64,000 bases of DNA from Chromatiales bacterium (GTDB taxonomy: Bacteria; Pseudomonadota; Gammaproteobacteria; SZUA-152), in the NCBI GenBank assembly GCA_027010265.1, contig JALVCE010000074.1, forward strand, positions 17,269 through 81,268, read 5' to 3'. Under the pieces are notes generated by a model. That model was not told the origin of the DNA. It was given only the letters and a program-made list of their open reading frames with translations, and did not search any database. The first letter of the stretch is position 1. Each line of letters opens with the position of its first letter. Of this stretch, positions 57,744 to 64,000 are shown in pieces. Both the position numbers and the translations under genes were made by a program.

Positions 57744-58787
57744 TCACAAATACCACTCCACGGGAATCTCGTCATTGGTCAGCGGCACTACGTCCAGCTC
57801 GCGTTGTTCCGCCCCTTTTTCATGCAGCTCCACGCGCACCGTGTCGGCATTTTTGCCCTGACTGAAACGGGCCGCCAGGCGCGCGGCCAGTTGCAGATCC
57901 TCGCTGTCGGCCTCACCGTCCAGCAGCACAAGCGGCCCGGGATGGCTGGTGGTGTACAGGTGGGTGAACTGCTTGCGATAACCCTCGAGAAACCTGTTTT
58001 CCCCCTCTTCGCGACCGACGATGAGTTTGAAATGGGGCCGTGGGCGCAGGTGCCGGCCCACCTTGAGCAGCATGATGTCGTCGATCTCGTAACGGCGCTC
58101 GCCGCGGGCCTGCCACAGGTCGGCCAGCTTGCTGGAATAGGCGGCGTCGGTGAGGAAACAGCAGCCGCCGGCGGGCTGGGCGAAATCCTCGATGCCCATC
58201 TTTTTCGCCAGGGCGATCTGCGGCTTGCGCCCACGGCCACTGAAATCGAAGAGTTTTTCGCGATCTACCCAGCCCTCGCGCTCGGGCAGGGTAGGGGGTA
58301 GGATCTTCGCGCACAGCGGGCGCAGCAGGCGGTCCTCGGCGCCGGATTCGCGCTGGATCACCGGCATGGTATCGCGGCGCTGGGACATGGGCCGCTGGCC
58401 CACCACCTCGCCGGTGATGATGAAATCGAAGCCGTGTTGTTCGATCCACTCGTGGGCCTTGCGCACCATGAAGCACTTGCAGTCCAGGCAGGGATTCAGG
58501 TTGGAGCCGTAGCCATGCTTGGGGTTGAGTACCACGTCCTTGTATTCGTCGATGACGTCGATGATGTGCAGCTTGATACCCAGCTGCTCCGCCACCCACA
58601 GGGCGTTGTTGCGCTTGGGTTTGGCCTTGTCCCGCTTACGGATCGCGTGAGTGTGGCCCTCCACGCAGAAACCGGTGAAAAAGTTGATGCCTTCCACGTG
58701 GATGCCCTGGTCCAGCATGGCCTGGGTGGCCAGCATGGAATCCAGGCCGCCGGAGATCAGCGAAACGGCTTTGCGTTGAGTGCTCAT
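57744..58787 (-). CDS. PP-loop tRNA thiolation enzyme (ThiI/MnmA-like, DUF814-type C-terminus)
   Basis: SGGLDS PP-loop; NPCLDC; TGEVVGQRPMSQ; PAGGCCFLTD; adjacent to a TusA-like gene. Confidence 0.85.
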   Translation of the reverse strand: MSTQRKAVSLISGGLDSMLATQAMLDQGIHVEGINFFTGFCVEGHTHAIRKRDKAKPKRNNALWVAEQLGIKLHIIDVIDEYKDVVLNPKHGYGSNLNPCLDCKCFMVRKAHEWIEQHGFDFIITGEVVGQRPMSQRRDTMPVIQRESGAEDRLLRPLCAKILPPTLPEREGWVDREKLFDFSGRGRKPQIALAKKMGIEDFAQPAGGCCFLTDAAYSSKLADLWQARGERRYEIDDIMLLKVGRHLRPRPHFKLIVGREEGENRFLEGYRKQFTHLYTTSHPGPLVLLDGEADSEDLQLAARLAARFSQGKNADTVRVELHEKGAEQRELDVVPLTNDEIPVEWYL

Positions 58788-58947
58788 GGGTCTGTGGGTC
58801 GGGCGCTTTGATTCTGAAAATGGGCCGGTGATTATAGCCGAAAAGCGCCGCCGGAACCCCATTTTTAACGCCCCTGCCAGAGTGGTGAGATTTTGCTAAA
58901 ATTCGTCGTTCAGGCCGTTTTGGTCAAGCTGCAAAGAAGTGGAATCC

Positions 58948-59298
58948 ATGACCCAGCAAGACACCCTCACCATCATTCAGCAAATCAAAAAGACCCTGGA
59001 AAATTTCATGATCAGCCTCGGCATATTGTGCGGCATGACGCTGATCATTTACTTTTTCACCTATGGCGCGCTGGTGGATGCGGTGGGCAGCTCGCTGATC
59101 TGGTTCGAGGTGGTCTCCAGCGTGTTCATTGTCCTGGTACTGATCTTTCTGCGGCGGGTCTGCTTTTTTCTGACCCGGCTCAAGCTGGGACGCCGGCCGG
59201 GCTATGGGGCCGTGTTCAGGCAGTTGTCTGCCGGGGACTTGTTGCAGGAGGAAGAGACCCTGCTGGCCCGTCTGGGGGGTGAAGGCCGGGCGGGCTAA
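58948..59298 (+). CDS. Small membrane hypothetical protein
   Basis: Two hydrophobic segments; fills the gap between neighbouring genes. Confidence 0.6.
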   Translation: MTQQDTLTIIQQIKKTLENFMISLGILCGMTLIIYFFTYGALVDAVGSSLIWFEVVSSVFIVLVLIFLRRVCFFLTRLKLGRRPGYGAVFRQLSAGDLLQEEETLLARLGGEGRAG

Positions 59299-59885
59299 TG
59301 ACGGCGGGATTTGTCCGGCGATTCGCTGGCAGCCAGGGGTGAGCCGCCACTGATGTCTTGCAGGTAACGCCGCGCCTGCGAGCTGTCCGTGTATTGCCAC
59401 AGTTCGTGCGCGGTCAGCGGGTCCAGCACATTCTGTGCGCCATCCAGGTTGCGCATGGCTTGTAACACATCCATGGCCGGCACAAAGCCTTCATAAAGGT
59501 GTTCGTACAGCCGGCCCTGGTGATGGGCGGTATTGTGGTGTAACTGGTAATAGGCACCCACGCCGAGGTCCACATAATATTTCACGCTCAGCCGCCGGCG
59601 CCGTGCGCGTTGCGGGAAAAAGCCGGCATACAATAGGCACAGATCTCCCACCTCGCGCAGCCTGGCGATCTGCCGTTGCCCGGCGATGCGAAAACTTTTC
59701 AGGTAATCCAGGGCGAGAACACGTCCGGCCAGGTCCGGTCTGTCGAGAAAACGCTGCAGCAAAAACACCAGATAGCTTTGCAGCTCCTCTCCCAGGCTGC
59801 GCTGCGACTGGTGTTCCGCCTCGCACACCAGCTTGTGCCAGTGCGCAGTGGATGTGGGTTGCAAATCGAGCTTGCGCATACACAC
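59295..59885 (-). CDS. Conserved hypothetical protein
   Basis: SYLVFLL, LREVGDLCLLYAGFFPQRARRR..SVKYY motif; helical; next to plsY. Confidence 0.75.
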   Translation of the reverse strand: MCMRKLDLQPTSTAHWHKLVCEAEHQSQRSLGEELQSYLVFLLQRFLDRPDLAGRVLALDYLKSFRIAGQRQIARLREVGDLCLLYAGFFPQRARRRRLSVKYYVDLGVGAYYQLHHNTAHHQGRLYEHLYEGFVPAMDVLQAMRNLDGAQNVLDPLTAHELWQYTDSSQARRYLQDISGGSPLAASESPDKSRRH

Positions 59886-59958
59886 CTCCTAATAACCACA
59901 TTCTTATTTAAAGCTATCGGCTGAAAATGACAAGGCCTTGAATGGCTTAGTGAGGGGG

Positions 59959-60543
59959 TTAATCGCGGATCTTGCCCTCGGTGCCCGCCAGCAGGTTTTT
60001 GATATTGGAACGATGACGCCACACCAGCAACACGGTGATCACCACGGCCAGTACGATAAACTCGGGCTGCGGCGCCAGTAGCCACATGTACAGCGGTGAA
60101 AGAGCGGCGGCGATCAGGGCCGACAGCGAAGAGATATTGAACAGCTTGGCCATCACCAACCAGGTGGCCAGCACAGCCAGTCCCACCGGCCAGGCCAGGG
60201 CCAGCAGCACGCCGAAGGCGGTGGCCACCCCCTTGCCGCCACGGAAGCCGAAAAGCACCGGGTAAAGATGGCCGAGAAAGGCCGCCAGGCCCACCAGTGC
60301 CAGGGTCTGCGCCGAGGCGTCCAGCCACTGTGCCACCACCACCGGGATCACCCCCTTGATGGCGTCGCCCAGCAGGGTGAAGGCCGCGGCCTTTTTACCA
60401 CCCACCCGTAGCACATTGGTGGCGCCGGGATTACCGGAGCCCTGTGTGCGCGGGTCTGCCAGGCCCATGAGTTTACAGGTGATGATGGCGGCGGACAGGG
60501 AACCCATCAGGTAGCCGCCGATGATCAGAGCAATATCCAGCAT
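59959..60543 (-). CDS. plsY: Glycerol-3-phosphate acyltransferase PlsY
   Basis: GSGNPGATNVLR, GHLYPVLFGFRGGKGVAT, RHRSNI. Confidence 0.96.
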   Translation of the reverse strand: MLDIALIIGGYLMGSLSAAIITCKLMGLADPRTQGSGNPGATNVLRVGGKKAAAFTLLGDAIKGVIPVVVAQWLDASAQTLALVGLAAFLGHLYPVLFGFRGGKGVATAFGVLLALAWPVGLAVLATWLVMAKLFNISSLSALIAAALSPLYMWLLAPQPEFIVLAVVITVLLVWRHRSNIKNLLAGTEGKIRD

Positions 60544-60653
60544 GGGTGTATTATCGCGTACTTTTTGCAGCGCGTCGCTGTTGGCTCTTGCTGGTCTGGT
60601 TTTTGGCAACGCGGTATAGTGCGGGCACACTCACGCGGAGCCGTTAGTCCCCC

Positions 60654-61010
60654 ATGGATATCATTTTTCTCCACGACCTCACCATTGAAACCATCATTGG
60701 CATCTACGACTGGGAACGCAAGGAAAAGCAGTCCATCATCCTCGACCTGGACATGGCGGCGGACATCCCCCGCGCCGCGGCCAGCGACGCCATCGAAGAC
60801 ACCCTCAACTACAAGGCGGTGGCCAAGCGGCTCATCGACTTTGTGGGCAACAGCGACTTCCAGTTAGTGGAGACCCTGGCCGAGCGGGTGGCGGCCATCG
60901 TGCTCGACGAGTTCGACGTCAAGTGGCTGCGCCTGCGGGTCAACAAGAAAGGTGCGGTGCGTTATGCCGGCGATGTGGGGGTGATTATCGAACGCGGAGT
61001 GAAAGACTGA
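60654..61010 (+). CDS. folB: Dihydroneopterin aldolase
   Basis: IGIYDWER, LNYKAV, LVETLAE, VGVIIER. Confidence 0.96.
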   Translation: MDIIFLHDLTIETIIGIYDWERKEKQSIILDLDMAADIPRAAASDAIEDTLNYKAVAKRLIDFVGNSDFQLVETLAERVAAIVLDEFDVKWLRLRVNKKGAVRYAGDVGVIIERGVKD

Positions 61011-61011
61011 T

Positions 61012-61500
61012 ATGCCGCGCGTGTTTGTGGGCATCGGCAGCAACATCGACCGCGAGCGCAGTATCCGTGCCGGGGTGGCGGACCTGCGCCAGCATTTCGG
61101 TGAGTTACAGTTATCGTCGGTCTATGAGAGCGAAGCCGTGGGCTTCGAGGGGGATGCGTTTTACAACCTGGTGGCGGCCTTCGATATCGCTGACAGCATT
61201 GAACAGGTGGTGGCCGTCCTCGCCGAGATCGAGGATCGGCATGGCCGGGTGCGCAACGGCGAGCGCTTCGCACCACGTACGCTCGATATCGATTTACTGC
61301 TATACGGCGATGCTGTTATCACTGCTGATAATTATCACGTACCGCGGGACGAGATTCCCCGTTATGCCTTTGTCCTCTGGCCGCTGGCGGAGCTGGCGCC
61401 GCAGGCCGTGCATCCCGAGCTGGGCGAAACCTATTCCGTGTTGTGGGAAAAATTCGACAAAAGAAATCAGCACCTGCGGCCGATAGAATTTCAGTGGTAA
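61012..61500 (+). CDS. folK: HPPK (2-amino-4-hydroxy-6-hydroxymethyldihydropteridine pyrophosphokinase)
   Basis: VGIGSNI, PRTLDIDLLLYG, FVLWPLAEL. Confidence 0.94.
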   Translation: MPRVFVGIGSNIDRERSIRAGVADLRQHFGELQLSSVYESEAVGFEGDAFYNLVAAFDIADSIEQVVAVLAEIEDRHGRVRNGERFAPRTLDIDLLLYGDAVITADNYHVPRDEIPRYAFVLWPLAELAPQAVHPELGETYSVLWEKFDKRNQHLRPIEFQW

Positions 61501-61557
61501 GATCGGTGTTCGACCTGTCACCGGTTTTCTGAACAACCAGTAAACCAGCCTAAAAAA

Positions 61558-62718
61558 ATGAACCAGATACCTGGCACCAAACCCCTGATCCTTATTGTTG
61601 ATGACTCACCCACCATTCGTCTGTCATTGAGCCGCGCCTTGCAGGACGAGTTCATGCCAGTGGAGGCTGTGGATGGCGAACAGGCCTGGGAATTTCTCAA
61701 CAGCGACAGCCGCATCGAGGTGGTGATCACCGACCTGTCCATGCCTAAGCTGGACGGTCTTGGCCTGGTGAAGCGCATGCGTGACAGCGTGGTGACGCGG
61801 GTGTGCAACATGCCGGTGATCATGGTCACTGGCGATGATGACACCGCGGCCCGCGAGGCCGCCTTCAAGGCGGGCGTCAACGATTTTGTCGCCAAGACCA
61901 GTGATCGCGTTGAGCTGCTGGCCCGGCTGCGCGCCCATCGCAAGCTTGCCGTGACCCTGCGTGAACTGGAAGAGAGTCAGCGAGAACTGCGTGAACAAGC
62001 CAATACCGATCCCCTCACCCGGCTGGCCAATCGGCGCTTCTTCACACAGATTGCCAACAAGGAATTGTCACTCATGCGCCGGCAGAAGGAACACTACGCC
62101 GTGCTGATGCTGGACATCGACCACTTCAAAAACACCAACGACAGCTTTGGTCATCCCGCCGGTGATCATGTGCTGAAGCAGGTGGCGCGGGTGTTATCGG
62201 AAAACATTCGTGAAGAAGACACCGTAGCCCGGGTGGGTGGCGAGGAGTTTGTGGTCAGTTCACCCTACACCAACCGGCTGGCCGCCATCGTCCTGGCCGA
62301 GCGCTTGCGCAAGGCTGTGGAGGCCCTGGATATTCAGTACGAAGGCAACAGCATTCCCGTGACTATCAGTATCGGCATCGCCATGCAACCGCAGGACGGC
62401 GACACATTGGATGCCCTGTTGGCCGCCGCCGACGAGCGCCTTTACACTGCGAAGAATGCCGGCCGCAACCGTTTCTGTGCCGCCAGCAAACATCAGACGG
62501 AACAGACGGTGGATGCCGACAAGGTCTGCCCCAAGCTGGATGAGGCCATTACCATGATCAAACATGGCAACCTGCAACGTCTCATGCCGCACATGCCGAA
62601 ACTGTTGGAGGAGTTGATTCCCCTGTTTGAATTGGCTAACGAGGAATCGCCGGTGCAGATCGACGTGGATGAAGTGCGCGGGGCGATCATTGCCTTGAAG
62701 GCCAAGGGTGGAAATTAA
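61558..62718 (+). CDS. Response-regulator diguanylate cyclase (REC-GGEEF)
   Basis: REC domain; TDPLTRLANRR, DIDHFKNTNDSFGH, REED I-site, RVGGEEF, AKNAGRN. Confidence 0.93.
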   Translation: MNQIPGTKPLILIVDDSPTIRLSLSRALQDEFMPVEAVDGEQAWEFLNSDSRIEVVITDLSMPKLDGLGLVKRMRDSVVTRVCNMPVIMVTGDDDTAAREAAFKAGVNDFVAKTSDRVELLARLRAHRKLAVTLRELEESQRELREQANTDPLTRLANRRFFTQIANKELSLMRRQKEHYAVLMLDIDHFKNTNDSFGHPAGDHVLKQVARVLSENIREEDTVARVGGEEFVVSSPYTNRLAAIVLAERLRKAVEALDIQYEGNSIPVTISIGIAMQPQDGDTLDALLAAADERLYTAKNAGRNRFCAASKHQTEQTVDADKVCPKLDEAITMIKHGNLQRLMPHMPKLLEELIPLFELANEESPVQIDVDEVRGAIIALKAKGGN

Positions 62719-62742
62719 AAGACCTGAGCAACCATCCTATTC

Positions 62743-62881
62743 CGTCATTCCGGCTCCAGGCCGGAACATATTAATCGTCTCAAAATGATTTCTATAGGGA
62801 TATTTCCTCGTGTAGGAGCGCCTTTCCAGGCGCGAATCGCGCCTGGAAAGGCGCTCCTACCATGTTTTACCCTTTTGAGAT
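62743..62881. repeat. Partial CGTC REP plus intact copy of the element carrying a GTAG REP doublet
   Basis: CGTCATTCCGGCTCCAGGCCGGAA; then ATCGTCTCAAAAT...TATTTCCTCG and GTAGGAGCGCCTTTCCAGGCGCGAATCGCGCCTGGAAAGGCGCTCCTAC (62812-62860). Confidence 0.8.
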
Positions 62882-63466
62882 TTTCTCCCACACCAAAATA
62901 GTATTATTCGCCGGCATTTCGTGTGTTGCGATGCGTGACATCCCTGCTGCCTCCGCCAACTTATCCAGTTCCGCCTGATCGCGAATCCCGCTCTTGGGGT
63001 TCTGCTCCTTCAACCACAATTCAAACCGTGCATTGCTTTGCGAGGTAAACTCGCCGTCCACATTGAACGGCCCGTAAAGGCAAAACCGTCCACCTGTGGT
63101 CAGTACCCGGCCGATACCCTCAAACATCCTTTCCACCTCCGGCCAACCCATAATGTGCACGGTGTTGGCGCTGAACACCGCATCGAAGGCAGTATCGGGC
63201 CAGGAGTCACGTTGCACATCAAGACTCAGTGGTGGGCGCACATTGTCCGTGCCCTCATCGGCAATCCATGCATGAATACCCGGATGATTGTCTGTCACGT
63301 CGCTGGTCTGCCAGATGAGATGCGGCAGGGCGCGGGCAAAAAACACCGCATGCTGACCGGTGCCGCTGCCGATTTCCAGCACGTGTTTCACCGCAGCAAA
63401 TTCCTGTTGCAGTACCTCGAGAATGACATGCTGGTTTTGTGCACAGGATTCGGCGAAGGGTTTCAT
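62867..63466 (-). CDS. DUF938-family SAM-dependent methyltransferase
   Basis: VLEIGSGTGQH, WQTSD, YGPFN, MPANN. Confidence 0.9.
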   Translation of the reverse strand: MKPFAESCAQNQHVILEVLQQEFAAVKHVLEIGSGTGQHAVFFARALPHLIWQTSDVTDNHPGIHAWIADEGTDNVRPPLSLDVQRDSWPDTAFDAVFSANTVHIMGWPEVERMFEGIGRVLTTGGRFCLYGPFNVDGEFTSQSNARFELWLKEQNPKSGIRDQAELDKLAEAAGMSRIATHEMPANNTILVWEKISKG

Positions 63467-63762
63467 GATGGTCGTATTTGTGATGTCAGCTTCTCGCCTG
63501 ACATGCATTGCAGGTCTTCGAGGACACTGGGCCTTGCGCTTTCTATACTGTCAAAGATAGAGCCGCTTTCATATTCATTCCAGTAGCCTTCACCGATATA
63601 GTCGAAGTCTGTTGTATCCCAGGTGTAGATGAAATGGGTGAACGTGGAATCGGGCCTTTTAGCAATAATTGCGATTGCCTTGCCATTGGGAGTTTCTATT
63701 CTTTCGACTTGATCAAATCCATCTCGAGTGAAAGTAAATTTTTTGGGAAGGGGTAACGTCAT
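63463..63762 (-). CDS. Small hypothetical protein (lower GC)
   Basis: 99-aa ORF with 4-nt overlap onto the DUF938 start; no recognised motif. Confidence 0.55.
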   Translation of the reverse strand: MTLPLPKKFTFTRDGFDQVERIETPNGKAIAIIAKRPDSTFTHFIYTWDTTDFDYIGEGYWNEYESGSIFDSIESARPSVLEDLQCMSGEKLTSQIRPS

Positions 63763-63807
63763 ATCGATTTACCGAGCACCAGGGAAAACCAGACAAATTG
63801 ACTTTTT

Positions 63808-63834
63808 GTCATTCCGGCCTTCGCCGGAATGACG
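63808..63834. repeat. Contracted CGTC-type REP
   Basis: GTCATTCCGGCCTTCGCCGGAATGAC palindrome. Confidence 0.8.
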
Positions 63835-63850
63835 GAATAATCAGCCCTTC

Positions 63851-64000
63851 CTAACTATTCAACGACCGCCCACCATCCACCGTAATCACCTGCCCGCTGG
63901 TGTAATCCGCATCACGAATCAAGAACAATGCAGCACGGGCGATGTCCTCGGGATTGCCCTGGCGCTTGAGAAAGGTGCGGGAGACGATGCGTTGCTGGGT
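63851..64000 (-). CDS. Pteridine reductase / SDR (C-terminal part)
   Basis: Manual translation [49 protein letters not shown]; folate gene neighbourhood. Confidence 0.8.
   Translation of the reverse strand, partial: TQQRIVSRTFLKRQGNPEDIARAALFLIRDADYTSGQVITVDGGRSLNS

Overview
GC-rich gammaproteobacterial chromosomal window; the lineage is inferred from gene content and order. A housekeeping backbone is present: gcvT with a tandem glycine riboswitch, ubiI-ubiH-pepP-ygfB, zapB-like-zapA-6S RNA-ygfA, glnA-ntrB-ntrC, plsY, folB-folK and a partial pteridine reductase. There is also a rearranged MSHA type IV pilus cluster (33.9-50.7 kb). The most interesting content is an uncharacterised cell-envelope system split into two loci flanking the pepP/zapA block. 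Locus A (1.0-13.3 kb) encodes a di-haem beta-propeller lipoprotein, two OM beta-barrels, a TlpA thioredoxin, DUF4266, DUF3570 with flavinylation-like motifs, and Glt-like TPR proteins. Locus B (25.2-31.0 kb) encodes a mono-haem protein, a di-haem LamG lipoprotein and a Tat substrate. All three transcription units of this system carry a CRP-type TGTGA-N6-TCACA box upstream. Other signals are a shared sigma54 + TGT-N11-ACA enhancer linking a PEP-CTERM gene and a SleB hydrolase, an active/degenerate pair of REC-GGDEF paralogues, a nested stack of miniature elements, a REP inserted in frame in a prepilin leader, and a heptamer-periodic inverted-repeat family. No rRNA, tRNA, CRISPR array or transposase was seen. 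Family assignments come from motif recognition by eye, not from database searches.
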